The position numbers and the translations under genes were made by a program. Below are positions 29,482 to 40,183 of a DNA stretch of 43,273 nucleotides, one piece after another. The DNA lies in assembly GCA_026985555.1 (NCBI GenBank), contig JALSQF010000003.1:128605-171877 (forward strand), in the 5' to 3' direction. A model generated the notes under the pieces. That model searched no databases. It saw only the letters and a program-made list of their open reading frames with translations, and was not told the DNA's origin. Each line of letters begins with the position of its first letter. Position 1 is the stretch's first letter. Source of the stretch: Candidatus Moraniibacteriota bacterium (lineage in GTDB: Bacteria; Patescibacteriota; Minisyncoccia; Moranbacterales; UBA9337).

Positions 29482-30030
29482 ATGTTAAAAAATAGAATAA
29501 AAATAATTTTATTGCCTCTATTGTTAGTTGGTTTTCTAGGATTTAATTTTCAAGGAATTTCTCAGGCTGCGAATTATAATTATCATCCGATGGAAAAAAT
29601 TCCAGGCACAGAAGATATTTCTACTTTTCCTAAATATATAGAAGCTATTTTTCGTTTTGCTGTGTGGACTATTGGCATAGCGGCTTTGTTAATGTTAACT
29701 ATAGGAGGCTATATGTATATAACAGCAGCGGGAAATACTAGCACAATAGAAAAAGCTAAAGATATTATTCGGGATGCTATTCTAGGAGTTTTAGCTGTTA
29801 TTTTGGCTTATTTGCTTTTGTTTGTGATTAATCCAGATTTAGTTAATATTGATTTAGGCAGTTTAAGCAGTAGTAATTTAAATTCTTCTAACAACTCTAA
29901 CAACTCTAACAACTCTAATAACTCTAATAACGCTAATAATTCTTCTAATTCTAATAATAACCAAAATAATAATACTAACAATTCTCAATATAATTACTCA
30001 GAAGAAGAGAATTCGTTACCAGGTCCTTAA
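29482..30030 (+). CDS. CPR-type TrbC/VirB2-like pilin-family membrane protein with Asn/Ser-rich tail
   Basis: Signal peptide; helical hairpin with GGYMYITAAGN...IEKAK..I..AILG; INPDL. Confidence 0.75.
   Translation: MLKNRIKIILLPLLLVGFLGFNFQGISQAANYNYHPMEKIPGTEDISTFPKYIEAIFRFAVWTIGIAALLMLTIGGYMYITAAGNTSTIEKAKDIIRDAILGVLAVILAYLLLFVINPDLVNIDLGSLSSSNLNSSNNSNNSNNSNNSNNANNSSNSNNNQNNNTNNSQYNYSEEENSLPGP
29887..29940 (+). repeat. 9-bp coding tandem repeat, 6 units (TCTAAYAAC, Ser-Asn-Asn)
   Basis: TCTAACAAC x3, TCTAATAAC x2, GCTAATAAT. Confidence 0.9.
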
Positions 30031-30183
30031 AATGTTAACAATAAGTGTGGTTTTAATATTTAGAAAATATGTTTCGTATAATATTAATAATATAAGTACA
30101 GTAGTTAAAAAAATTTTTTATTTAGTTTTGTTTGTTAGTTAATATCCTCATTATTTTTAATTTTTTCATAATATTTTGTTGAT

Positions 30184-31224
30184 ATGTTTAATTTTAATAA
30201 AGTAATTTGCATTGGTTCACTAGGGAAAGATGTTTTTTTCTCTGTTTCTGAAGGAAAAATTTTAAAAACTCCGCAAGATATTTTGTCGCAAGAGAAGATA
30301 GCTTTTGAGTTAGGAGCTAAATATAAGATTAAATCTTATCAAGAGAGTGTAGGAGGATGTGCGGCTAATGTTTCTCAAGGATTATCAAAATTAGGAATTC
30401 AGTCAGCCTGTTGTTCTGTTATTGGCAATGATGATACAGGCCAATGGTTAATAAAGGAATTAAAAAAGAATAAAGTAAAACTAAACAACATAAAAGCTAT
30501 AAAGAAAATTTCTAGTGATATTTCTATAATAGTAGTTGATGATAAAACCCATGATCATGTTATTTTTTATAATCGTCAGGCGAATGAACATTTAAAAATT
30601 GTTTCTAAAGATTTGAAAAAATATAATTGGATTTTTATTGGATCTTTAAATGGAAATTGGACTAATAATTTAGATAAAATAATAGAAGTTGTTAAAAAAG
30701 ATAAGAGAAAAAAAATAGCCTTTAATCCAGGACAAGGAAACATAAAAGAAAATCCTCAAAAAATTATACGAATGTTAAAATTTACAGAAGTTTTATTAGT
30801 TAATAAAGATGAAGCTATAGAAATAGTAATGCATATGAACAATATTCAAAAAGAGGATCTAAGAAAAATAAGTTTTTTATTGAAAAAAATAAGTCAAAAG
30901 GGAGTGAAGCAAGTTATCATTACAGAAGGAAAGAAAGGGGTAAATTATTACAAAACAGGAGATTTATGCTATTATAAAGTTATTAATACTGAAAAAAATA
31001 ATTTGGTTATTGATACCACCGGAGCAGGAGATTCTTTTAATAGTGGATTTTTAGCTGGAACAATAAAAGGGAAAAATTTCAAAAATAATTTGTATTGGGG
31101 AATGGCCAACAGCGAAAGTGTGATTCAATATTATGGAGCGCAAAAAGGATTATTAAATTCTTCCGCTATAAAAAGAAAAAGTCTCAAAAACAAATATCAA
31201 ATTAAAGAAATCAAATTGAAATAA
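30184..31224 (+). CDS. PfkB-family carbohydrate kinase
   Basis: GGCAANVS.GL.KLG, IG.D..G, N.DEA, DTTGAGDSF.SGF. Confidence 0.94.
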   Translation: MFNFNKVICIGSLGKDVFFSVSEGKILKTPQDILSQEKIAFELGAKYKIKSYQESVGGCAANVSQGLSKLGIQSACCSVIGNDDTGQWLIKELKKNKVKLNNIKAIKKISSDISIIVVDDKTHDHVIFYNRQANEHLKIVSKDLKKYNWIFIGSLNGNWTNNLDKIIEVVKKDKRKKIAFNPGQGNIKENPQKIIRMLKFTEVLLVNKDEAIEIVMHMNNIQKEDLRKISFLLKKISQKGVKQVIITEGKKGVNYYKTGDLCYYKVINTEKNNLVIDTTGAGDSFNSGFLAGTIKGKNFKNNLYWGMANSESVIQYYGAQKGLLNSSAIKRKSLKNKYQIKEIKLK

Positions 31225-31237
31225 AATTTTAAAATAT

Positions 31238-32494
31238 ATGTCATTTTTTAATCTTTTTAAAAAATATCCTAGAATCTTATTGGCTTTAGATATAGGAACG
31301 GAAGTAGTAAAAGCTTTAGCAGTAGAGGTGGATAGTGAAAATAAAAAAGGTGTCGTTGTGGGGGTGGGAAAGGTTTATCAAAAAATAGGTAATATGCAAA
31401 GTGGAGCTGTTTCAGATATTAGCGGAGTAATTGAAAGCGCGCGCAGGGCCATTGAAATTGCTAAAAATAATGCGGAGATAAAAAAAACTCCGGATGTGAT
31501 TGTAGGTATTGCAGGAGAACTAGTAAAAGGAACAACTACTATTGTGCATTATGAAAGAGTTAAGCCAGATGTTAAAATTGATAAAGACGAACTTAAAACC
31601 ATTATAGAAAAGGTTCAACAAAAAGCTTATGAAAAAATTAAGAATCAATTGGCTTTAGAAATAGGTCAGTCTGAAATAGATATAAAACTAGTTAATGCTG
31701 CTATAGCAGATGTAACTATTGATGGATATAAAGTTAGTGATCCTTTAGGTTTTCAAGGTAGAGAAGTTTCTATTGCTGTTTTTAATGCTTATGCGCCTAT
31801 GATTCATTTAGGAGCCTTACAGACGATTGCTAGTAAACTAAATATTAATTTAGTTAGTATTGTGGCAGAACCTTATGCTGTAGCTAAATCAGTAGGTTTT
31901 GAAGATGATCCTGAATTTGGAGCTATTTTTGTTGATGTAGGTGGAGGAACGACAGATATTGCAGTAGTGCGTAACGGAGGATTAGAGGGAACAAAAATGT
32001 TTGCTTTAGGTGGTCGCGCTTTTACTAAGCGATTAGCTAGAGAATTAAATATTAGTTTTCGGGAAGCCGAAAAATTAAAAATTCACTATTCTTTAGGAGA
32101 ATTAGGAAAAGATGTTTCAGCTAAAATTAGAACTATTTTTAGAGAGGATAGCAGGGTTTGGCTAAGTGGAATAGAGTTGTCTTTAGAAGAATTTTCAGAA
32201 AATAATTTATTACCACCAAGAATATTTTTGTGTGGCGGAGGATCAGCTTTGCCAGAAATAAAAAAAGTTTTAGATAAGGGAGAATGGTCAAAGAGGTTAC
32301 CTTTTAGTAAACAACCAGTAGTTAGTTTTTTACAACCTAAAGATGTTTATAGAATTATTGATAAAACGGATAAATTAACTAATCCACAGGATGTTACGCC
32401 TATGGGATTAGCTAGTCTTCTAGTTGATTTTGTAGAGGAAAAGCGAGAAATAGCCAGTATTTTACAGGAAGCAATGGAGAATATTAGTAATTAA
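31238..32494 (+). CDS. FtsA-like actin-fold ATPase
   Basis: ALDIGTE.VK, AEPYA, VDVGGGTTD, GG..FT..LA..L.....AEKLK, LCGGGS.L. Confidence 0.85.
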   Translation: MSFFNLFKKYPRILLALDIGTEVVKALAVEVDSENKKGVVVGVGKVYQKIGNMQSGAVSDISGVIESARRAIEIAKNNAEIKKTPDVIVGIAGELVKGTTTIVHYERVKPDVKIDKDELKTIIEKVQQKAYEKIKNQLALEIGQSEIDIKLVNAAIADVTIDGYKVSDPLGFQGREVSIAVFNAYAPMIHLGALQTIASKLNINLVSIVAEPYAVAKSVGFEDDPEFGAIFVDVGGGTTDIAVVRNGGLEGTKMFALGGRAFTKRLARELNISFREAEKLKIHYSLGELGKDVSAKIRTIFREDSRVWLSGIELSLEEFSENNLLPPRIFLCGGGSALPEIKKVLDKGEWSKRLPFSKQPVVSFLQPKDVYRIIDKTDKLTNPQDVTPMGLASLLVDFVEEKREIASILQEAMENISN

Positions 32495-32512
32495 TTTTTT
32501 CTATTTTTTTAT

Positions 32513-34444
32513 ATGGCGAAAGTATTTTATATTGCTGGTGATGAAGAAATTACATCAGTAATTGATAAATTTAGAAGTAGCTCGGTTAAGGAAATAATTT
32601 TTGTAGTTCCTCCAAGAGCTTTAGTTTTGCAAAGTATAGTTAATTTAAAGCTTTTAAAAAGAGAAGCAGATAAATTAAAAAGAAAAATTATTTTAGTTAC
32701 CAAAGATGAAAATGGTAGATCACTAGCTCAAAAGGTGAATATTTTAGTGGTTCAATCCTTAGATGAACTCAGCACCTTAGTGAAAAAGAATGCTATAAAA
32801 GCTCAAATTAAAAAAAATAAATCATTAGCTAAAGTGGTTGCTCTACAAAATAATTCTCAACAATCAAAAAATAGACTAGAAGAATTGGGAAGTGATAAAT
32901 TTTTTCTTCAACCGGCTAGAAAAAAAATAAATAAAATTATTAAAAATAATAGTGATGTTAATAATTCAGTAACTAAAAAAAACATTGTTCCGAGAAAAAC
33001 AATAGAAAAAGAAAGAGAAAAGATTGTAAAAAAAACGAATAATCAAAAGAAAAAAATAATAGATTTTTGGAGAATAACGACAAGAAAAAAAGATAAAACT
33101 TTACAACCAAAAGAAAAAGAAAAATCAAAAGAAAGAAATGAGCAAAAGCTTCACTCAAAATTTTCCTCTAACCATACTAAAGAATTAGAAGAGATTTTTA
33201 GCAAAAGAATATCTCAATCTAATTCTCAATCGCAGGAGAAAACTTCTTCATTTAATTCTCAATTAAAAATTAAAACTGGAGCTAAAAAATATCAAAAAAA
33301 CAAAGTTTCTCTAAAAGCCAAGTTATGGCTAGGAGGATTGTCTTTGTTTTTAGTAGCGTTATCTGTTTTTTTGTTTGTTTATTTATGGTTACCGAAAGCT
33401 TTGGTAAAAATAGATTTAAAGTCCTATGAAAAAGAAGTAGAATTAATTACGCAGTCTTCTATTAAGCCAGTTAATAATGAAATTCCAATGAGAATTATTG
33501 AAGGTGAAGAAGAAATTACAAAAAATTATTTAGCTTCAGGAAAAAGCAAAATAGCAGACAAAAAAGCTAGAGGAGTAGTAACAATTTATAATCAGTCAAG
33601 TAAAAAGCAACCATTAATAGCTACGACACGAATAATGACTAAAGACGGTAAAGTTTTTCGTTTAATAAAGAATGTGATGGTTCCTTCTAAAAATAAAGAT
33701 AATTCTCCAGGAGAAGTTATTGTAGGAGTAGTAGCAGACAAAGCAGGTGAAGATTTTAATATTGGACCGAGTAAATTTACCATTCCTGGATTAGAAGGAA
33801 GTCCGATTTATAAAGATATTTATGCAAAATCTGATAGCAATATGATTGGAGGAGGAGGGGAAACAGAAATGAAGGTGGTTTTAGCTTCAGATATTAAAGA
33901 AGCTCAAGATAAAACCTTAAGACAGTTGATAGATAAGATAGTAAGCAAAGAAAAAGTTAAAATTAAAAAGAATGAAGATTTTACTAAAGATATGCTTCAA
34001 TATGATATTATTGAAAATTTTGCTTTTCCTAGTGAAGGTATGATTACAAAAAGTTTTAGTTATAAGATTAAAGTTAAATATAAATTAGCAGTTTTTGATG
34101 AAGAAATTTTAAAAAAAGAAATTATAAAAAAAGCTCAAGATTTTATTAAAAACAAAAACAATATTGAATGGACGATAAAAGTGAAAGAAATAAATTTTGG
34201 AAAAAATGATTGTGATTATAATAAAAATGTTTGTTTAATTAAAGCCAATGGCAAAATTTCTTTTGATACAGTTTTTGATAAAGATAAATTTAAAAAAGAA
34301 ATTTTAGGAAAGAACGAAAGTGATCTTCAAGGAATAATTAAAAAATATCCTCAAATTCAAAAAATAAAAATTGAATTTTCTCCTAAATATTTACCTATTA
34401 AAATCCCGCTATATTCTAAAAAAGTAGAATTAATTGTTAAATAA
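32513..34444 (+). CDS. Single-pass membrane protein with probable baseplate J-like extracellular domain
   Basis: N-terminal DEEITSVID domain, disordered linker, TM, then A.G.VTIYN, T.DG.VFRL, V.ADKAGEDFNI and M.GG motifs. Confidence 0.6.
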   Translation: MAKVFYIAGDEEITSVIDKFRSSSVKEIIFVVPPRALVLQSIVNLKLLKREADKLKRKIILVTKDENGRSLAQKVNILVVQSLDELSTLVKKNAIKAQIKKNKSLAKVVALQNNSQQSKNRLEELGSDKFFLQPARKKINKIIKNNSDVNNSVTKKNIVPRKTIEKEREKIVKKTNNQKKKIIDFWRITTRKKDKTLQPKEKEKSKERNEQKLHSKFSSNHTKELEEIFSKRISQSNSQSQEKTSSFNSQLKIKTGAKKYQKNKVSLKAKLWLGGLSLFLVALSVFLFVYLWLPKALVKIDLKSYEKEVELITQSSIKPVNNEIPMRIIEGEEEITKNYLASGKSKIADKKARGVVTIYNQSSKKQPLIATTRIMTKDGKVFRLIKNVMVPSKNKDNSPGEVIVGVVADKAGEDFNIGPSKFTIPGLEGSPIYKDIYAKSDSNMIGGGGETEMKVVLASDIKEAQDKTLRQLIDKIVSKEKVKIKKNEDFTKDMLQYDIIENFAFPSEGMITKSFSYKIKVKYKLAVFDEEILKKEIIKKAQDFIKNKNNIEWTIKVKEINFGKNDCDYNKNVCLIKANGKISFDTVFDKDKFKKEILGKNESDLQGIIKKYPQIQKIKIEFSPKYLPIKIPLYSKKVELIVK

Positions 34445-34454
34445 TTTTATTTCA

Positions 34455-35576
34455 ATGAAAATTGCTTTAGTGCATGATTATTTAGTGCAATACGGAGGAG
34501 CCGAGAGAGTATTAGAGTCTTTTGCTGAAATTTTTCCTCAGGCGCATATTTATACAATAGTTTCTGATAAAAAAATTATTAAAAGATCTTTTAGTTCTAA
34601 AATTATTCATACTTCTTTTTTGCAAAAAAATTTATTAGCGCGTCGTTGGCACAGACTTTTTCCCTTACTAATGCCTTTAGCTATAGAACAATTTGATTTT
34701 TCTCAATACGATATAGTTTTATCCGATTCTTCTAGCTATGCTAAAGGAATCATCACTCATCCTCACACCTTACATATTTCTTATGTGCATACTCCTATGC
34801 GATATGCTTGGGATGATTGTCAAAAATATACTCAAGATTTTGGTTTTCCACGTTGGATTAAAAATATGATTCCTTTTGCTATGAATTATTTAAGAATATG
34901 GGATAGGATTAGTTTTTCTAGAGTAGATAAGGTAATAGCTAATTCTAATTTTGTAGCAAAGAGAATTAAAAAATATTATCATCGTTCAGCTCAAGTTATT
35001 CATCCTCCAGTTAATATAGAAAATTTTTATGTTAATTCTCAACAAAAATCTTATTATTTGATGGTGGGTAGATTAATTGCCTATAAGAGACATGATATTG
35101 CTATAAAAGCTTTTAATCAATTAGGATTACCTTTAAAAATTATCGGTCGTGGTCCAGAATTGAAACGTTTGAAAAAAATAGCTAATTCTAATATAGAATT
35201 TTTAGAGAGAGTATCAGATAAAGAATTACCTCATTATTATGCTCAGTGTCAAGCTTTTATTTTTCCGCAAGAAGAAGATTTTGGAATTGTTGCCATTGAA
35301 GCTATGGCATCAGGAAGGCCCTTAATTGCATTTAAAGGGGGAGATATTGTAGAACATTTAGAAAATAATAAAACAGGTATTTTTTTTGAAAAACAAACAC
35401 CAGAAAGTATTATTAAAGCTGTAAAAAAAAGTCAGAAAATCAATTTTAATTCAGCATATATACATTCCCAAGCGCTTAAATTTGATAAGAAAATATTTCA
35501 AAGAAAAATAAAAAAATATATAGAAAAAGAATTTGAAAAACATATAGACAAAAAAAATAAAGGTGTATTGAATTAA
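34455..35576 (+). CDS. GT4 glycosyltransferase (ATG 34455)
   Basis: MKIALVHDYL..GGAERV, HTPMRYAWD, EDFGIVAIEAMASG.P. Confidence 0.93.
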   Translation: MKIALVHDYLVQYGGAERVLESFAEIFPQAHIYTIVSDKKIIKRSFSSKIIHTSFLQKNLLARRWHRLFPLLMPLAIEQFDFSQYDIVLSDSSSYAKGIITHPHTLHISYVHTPMRYAWDDCQKYTQDFGFPRWIKNMIPFAMNYLRIWDRISFSRVDKVIANSNFVAKRIKKYYHRSAQVIHPPVNIENFYVNSQQKSYYLMVGRLIAYKRHDIAIKAFNQLGLPLKIIGRGPELKRLKKIANSNIEFLERVSDKELPHYYAQCQAFIFPQEEDFGIVAIEAMASGRPLIAFKGGDIVEHLENNKTGIFFEKQTPESIIKAVKKSQKINFNSAYIHSQALKFDKKIFQRKIKKYIEKEFEKHIDKKNKGVLN

Positions 35577-35777
35577 ATATTTAAAGATTGTATAAATTAT
35601 GTAAAATAAGATATATTGAAAATATATTAAAAAATAAATGGTAAATTAAAAGTATTTAAAAATTTAAGAGAGGAATTTTTTAGACTTAGTTTTTGGAGAA
35701 TTTAAAATTGAAATTAGAGAAGTTAGTTTGAATTTCAATTGAGTAGTTCATTTTAAAAGTAATCATTTTTCAAAAGC

Positions 35778-35806
35778 TTGCTTACTAAAATAAAATATGT
35801 TATATT
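35778..35806 (+). promoter_or_regulatory. Probable promoter
   Basis: TTGCTT, 17 bp ending TG-T, TATATT. Confidence 0.5.
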
Positions 35807-35875
35807 AGAATAAATTTAATAATTTAAAAAATATTTTAAATTTTAATTTTTTAAAATTTAAAATTTTAGAAAAAT

Positions 35876-36307
35876 ATGGAAGAACAAAAAAATCAAACAA
35901 TAGAAACAGAACAACAGGAATCAAAACAAGAAAATAATGATGTTGAGCAAATGACAATGGAAGCGGATAGTGGAAATAATGCTAGCGATTCTAAAGAAGT
36001 AGATGATAATAAAATTATGGCTATTATTGGTTATATCATTCCTTTGTTGTTTTTTATTCCCTTACTAGATAATGAAAAGAAAAAAATTCCTTTTGTTAAG
36101 TTCCATGCTAATCAACAATTAAATTTATTATTAGCCGGATTTATTGTTAGCACTTTAGGGGGAATTATTCCAGTGTTAGGATGGTTTATAATTTTACCTT
36201 TAGGAATGATAGCTTCATTAGTATTAGCTGTTATAGGAGTAATTAATGCTTCTAAAGGTGAAATGAAAGAATTGCCTCTTATTGGTGGATTTCAATTGAT
36301 TAAATAA
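35876..36307 (+). CDS. DUF4870/Tic20-like membrane protein
   Basis: AIIGY, FVKFHANQ, IPVLG, G.INA.KG....LPLIG. Confidence 0.85.
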   Translation: MEEQKNQTIETEQQESKQENNDVEQMTMEADSGNNASDSKEVDDNKIMAIIGYIIPLLFFIPLLDNEKKKIPFVKFHANQQLNLLLAGFIVSTLGGIIPVLGWFIILPLGMIASLVLAVIGVINASKGEMKELPLIGGFQLIK

Positions 36308-36323
36308 TTTCTTTCAAATATTT

Positions 36324-36357
36324 AAAAAAGAAACTATTGTTGAATAGTTTCTTTTTT
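36324..36357 (+). terminator. Rho-independent terminator
   Basis: AAAAAAGAAACTATT-GTTG-AATAGTTTCTTTTTT. Confidence 0.8.
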
Positions 36358-36425
36358 GTTATACTATTAAAGTTATATAATTTTAAGAATCGTTTTTTTA
36401 TTTATTAAAATAAAAAGATAAAATT

Positions 36426-37856
36426 ATGCAGACTAAAACAAGAATAGTGGCTACTTTAGGTCCGGCGTCAGAAAAAAAAGATATTTTAAAGCAAATGATT
36501 AAAAACGGTATGAGGATAGCACGTTTAAATTTTTCACACGGAAGCTATATTTGGCATCGTAAAGCAATAAAAAATATTCGTGAGTTAGCTAAGGAGTTAA
36601 ATGTTAACATAGGAATTTTAGGAGATTTACAAGGACCAAGAATTAGGGTGCAAATAGCAGAGGATTTAAAAATTGAGAGAGGAGAAAAAATTTTAGTGGT
36701 AGATGGAAGTCAAAAAAAGACGTTTCAACGTTTTGATAGGCCGTTTTTCTTTCTAGATTATCCTCATATTATAAAAAATATCAGGAAGGATAGTGAAATT
36801 TTAATAGAAGATGGTTTAATTAGTTTGAAGGTTCTTGAAAACAGAAAAGAATACTTAGTAACAAAGGTTATAGATGGTGGAATTATACGTAATCATAAGG
36901 GTGTTAATATACCGGGAGTAGATTTAAATATTGATGTTATTACTCAAAAAGACAAGAAGGATTTAGATTTTATTTTAAAAGAAAAACTAGATTTTATTGC
37001 TCTTTCTTTTGTTAGTTCTAGCGAAGATATTCAATATTTAAAACAACTAATTTTCAAAAAAACAAAAAAGAGGGAAAACGTTCCTTGGATAATTGCTAAA
37101 ATTGAAAGACAACAAGCTATTACCAATTTAGGTGAAATTTTGGATGAAGCTGATGGAGTTATGGTAGCGCGTGGGGATTTAGGTATAGAAATGGATGAAA
37201 ATAAATTAGCTGTTTTACAAAAAAGGATTATTGCCGAATCTTTAAAAAGAGCGAAACCGGTTATTGTAGCTACACAAATGTTAGATAGCATGATTAGAAA
37301 TCCTCGTCCTACAAGAGCAGAAGTGAGTGATGTTTCTAATGCTGTTATTGATCATACTGATGCAGTTATGCTTTCAGGAGAAAGTGCTAGTGGAAAATAT
37401 CCTGTAGAAAGTGTTTCTACTATGCAGAAAATTATTTATAGCACGGAAAAATCAATTTGGGACGATGAAAAAGTAAAACCATTAAGCATTAAACTTCAGT
37501 CAGAATATTCTGTTTTAGCTAGAAGCGCTTATGAATTAGCGGAAAGTTTTTCAGCTAAAGCCATTGTAGTAATTAGTTTAAGCGGATTTACGGCGCGATT
37601 AATTTCTCATTTTCGTCCTCAACAAAAAATATTAGTAGCTACTAATAGGCGTAAAACTTTTCATTATTTTTCTTTGTTATGGGGAGTGGAGGCTTATTTA
37701 TTTAAGAAAAAAGAAAAATTAGACTTACTTATAGATAAAACTATTAAGTTAGCCTTAAAAGAAAAATTATTAAAGGAAGGAGATAAAGTGGTTGTTTTGA
37801 TAGGAAGAAATATTAAAGGGAAGAAAATGCGATTAGTTGGAGTAAAATATATTTAA
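36426..37856 (+). CDS. pyk: Pyruvate kinase
   Basis: IVATLGPAS, RLNFSHG, DLQGPRIR, AKIE, MVARGDLG.E, ATQMLDSM..PRPTRAEVSDV.NA, MLSGESA.GKYP. Confidence 0.98.
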   Translation: MQTKTRIVATLGPASEKKDILKQMIKNGMRIARLNFSHGSYIWHRKAIKNIRELAKELNVNIGILGDLQGPRIRVQIAEDLKIERGEKILVVDGSQKKTFQRFDRPFFFLDYPHIIKNIRKDSEILIEDGLISLKVLENRKEYLVTKVIDGGIIRNHKGVNIPGVDLNIDVITQKDKKDLDFILKEKLDFIALSFVSSSEDIQYLKQLIFKKTKKRENVPWIIAKIERQQAITNLGEILDEADGVMVARGDLGIEMDENKLAVLQKRIIAESLKRAKPVIVATQMLDSMIRNPRPTRAEVSDVSNAVIDHTDAVMLSGESASGKYPVESVSTMQKIIYSTEKSIWDDEKVKPLSIKLQSEYSVLARSAYELAESFSAKAIVVISLSGFTARLISHFRPQQKILVATNRRKTFHYFSLLWGVEAYLFKKKEKLDLLIDKTIKLALKEKLLKEGDKVVVLIGRNIKGKKMRLVGVKYI

Positions 37857-37893
37857 TTTTTTATAATAGTTTTAACTGGTGGTTGCTTTATTT

Positions 37894-39279
37894 ATGTCTG
37901 AAATATTAAATAATAATTTATTACTTGTTCAAATAATACATTCGTCTGGGTGGGGTTATGTTTTAGCTTTAGGTGCGTCTTTTTTGGAAACAATTTTGGC
38001 TTTAGGTTTATTTTTGCCCGGTTCTAGTGTAATTATGGTGTTAGGTGCTTTAAGCGCTTATCACTGGCTAAATTTTTATGGGGTGTTAATCTTTGCTATT
38101 ATGGGAGCTGTTTTAGGCGATAATTTAAATTATTATTTAGGAAAAAAATATGCTAGTAGTTATTTGAAAAAAGGTTTTTGGTTTTTGAAACCGGCTTACT
38201 TTAAAAAAGCGCAAATTTATTTTCAAAAACATGGAGGTAAAAGTGTTTTTTGGGGAAGGTTTATCCCTACTTTAAAAGAAGTCATACCTTTTATTGCGGG
38301 TGCCTTTCAAATGTCTCAAAAAGAGTTTATTTTTTGGAATATTTTAGGAGGAATAGGGTGGTCATTAGAATGGGCGGGAGCTGGTTATTTATTTGCTCAA
38401 TCTTTAAATTTAGCTCGGATTTGGTTATCGCGAGCAGGTTTTTTCTTTTTCTTTTTATTTTTATCTTTATCTTTTCTTTTTTATTTGCGTTGGTTAGTGG
38501 CTAAAAGAAAACAACAAGAAAAATATTGGCATTATCCTTTATGGAGATTCGCTTTGAAAATGATATTAAAAAATAAATGGTTACAAAAAAAAGAAAAACA
38601 ATCTCCTCAAACTTTTCTTTTTTTTCGTTCTCGTTTTGATGAAAAAAAGATAACAGGTTTATTTTTGACTTGGACGTTAACAATGTTAATTATTTTAGGG
38701 GGAATAATTATCTGGGGGAAAAAGATTATTTCTCTTCAACAAATTCCATGGTTAGATAAAATTACTATTAACCTAATTCACTTTATTCAAGTTTCAACAA
38801 TAGCTCAATATATAATGATAATAACTTATTTAGGTAAATGGTGGTTTGTTCTAATTTTAGCTGCATTTATTTCTTTATTTTGGTTACGAAAAAAAGAAAA
38901 AATATTTCTTATTCCTTTCTGGATAATTTTGTTAGGAGGGGAGCTTTCCGCTCATTGGATTAAAAAATTAATTGGTCGTCATCGTCCTGAAGCAATTTTT
39001 TCTTTTGAAAAAACCTATTCTTTTCCTAGCGGACACGCTACCTTAGCTATGATTTTTTACGGCTTTTTAACTTACTATTTCATAAAAAAAAGTAAAATAT
39101 GGGAAAAGCAATTAAATTATTTTTGGATAGGAATAAGTTTAATTATATTGATTGGATTTACGCGTCTTTATTTAGGAGTGCATTATTTAAGTGATGTAAT
39201 AGCGGGTTATTTAGTGGGTTTAGTTTGGCTAATATGGGGAATTATTTTAGTTAACTGGCAAATTAAATCAAAAAAATAA
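37894..39279 (+). CDS. DedA-PAP2 fusion (start ATG 37894 or GTG 37879)
   Basis: FLET...G.FLPGS, GD.LNY.LG and GRFIP (DedA); K....R.RP, SFPSGH and R.YLGVHYLSDV (PAP2). Confidence 0.92.
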   Translation: MSEILNNNLLLVQIIHSSGWGYVLALGASFLETILALGLFLPGSSVIMVLGALSAYHWLNFYGVLIFAIMGAVLGDNLNYYLGKKYASSYLKKGFWFLKPAYFKKAQIYFQKHGGKSVFWGRFIPTLKEVIPFIAGAFQMSQKEFIFWNILGGIGWSLEWAGAGYLFAQSLNLARIWLSRAGFFFFFLFLSLSFLFYLRWLVAKRKQQEKYWHYPLWRFALKMILKNKWLQKKEKQSPQTFLFFRSRFDEKKITGLFLTWTLTMLIILGGIIIWGKKIISLQQIPWLDKITINLIHFIQVSTIAQYIMIITYLGKWWFVLILAAFISLFWLRKKEKIFLIPFWIILLGGELSAHWIKKLIGRHRPEAIFSFEKTYSFPSGHATLAMIFYGFLTYYFIKKSKIWEKQLNYFWIGISLIILIGFTRLYLGVHYLSDVIAGYLVGLVWLIWGIILVNWQIKSKK

Positions 39280-39292
39280 TCAGATTGTAATT

Positions 39293-40183
39293 ATGTTGAA
39301 CTTCTATCAACACCTGCCAGAAAAAATTAATCCTTTAATTTTTAATTTTGATTTTTTTTCTTTGCGCTGGTATTCGCTGATGTTTCTTTTTGCATTATTA
39401 ATGGTTTATTTTTTCTTGAAAAAACAAATATTTTTTCAAGAAAAAAATAAAAAGAATATTGATTGGGATATTTTTTTTATTTATATGGCAATAGGAATTT
39501 TATTGGGAGGACGTTTAGGATATGTTTTTTTTTATGATCTATCTTATTATTTGCACCATTGGCAGGAAATTTTTTGGCCATTTTTTTATGATCAAAATCA
39601 ACAAAAATTAATTTGGCAGGGGATTTCAGGAATGAGTTATCATGGAGGATTGATAGGAGCTTTAATAATGGGTATAATTTTTTGCTATCATTACAAAATA
39701 GATTTTCTTTGGTTAGCTGATCAAATTGCATTAGTAACTCCTTTGGGATATTTTTGGGGAAGAATAGGAAATTTTTTGAATAGGGAATTATATGGAAGAC
39801 CTACTCAAAAATTTTGGGGAATGTATTTTAAGGGAGAAAATTTTTTGCGTCATCCTTCTCAATTATATGAAGCTTTAGGAGAAGGAATATTATTATTTTT
39901 TATTTTATTTTTCATTAAAAATAGATGTTGGCAAAAAAGAAAAAGAGAAAAAAACAGCAGTTTTTGTACTCAAAAAGGTTATCTTTTTTTAAGCTATATT
40001 CTTTTTTATAATTTAATTCGTTTTGGAATAGAGTTTTTTCGTCAATCAGACGAACAGATTGGTTTAATCTGGAATATATTAACCTTAGGTCAGATATTAT
40101 CTTTATTTTTTATAATATTTGCTATTCTATTATTTTTCTTCTTTTTTAATTTTGACAACAATAAGGATAAAAAAGAAAAATAG
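39293..40183 (+). CDS. lgt: Prolipoprotein diacylglyceryl transferase
   Basis: LRWY, GGRLGYV.FY, GMSYHGG, GRIGNFLN.ELYGR, RHPSQLYE, RF.IEFFR. Confidence 0.97.
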   Translation: MLNFYQHLPEKINPLIFNFDFFSLRWYSLMFLFALLMVYFFLKKQIFFQEKNKKNIDWDIFFIYMAIGILLGGRLGYVFFYDLSYYLHHWQEIFWPFFYDQNQQKLIWQGISGMSYHGGLIGALIMGIIFCYHYKIDFLWLADQIALVTPLGYFWGRIGNFLNRELYGRPTQKFWGMYFKGENFLRHPSQLYEALGEGILLFFILFFIKNRCWQKRKREKNSSFCTQKGYLFLSYILFYNLIRFGIEFFRQSDEQIGLIWNILTLGQILSLFFIIFAILLFFFFFNFDNNKDKKEK

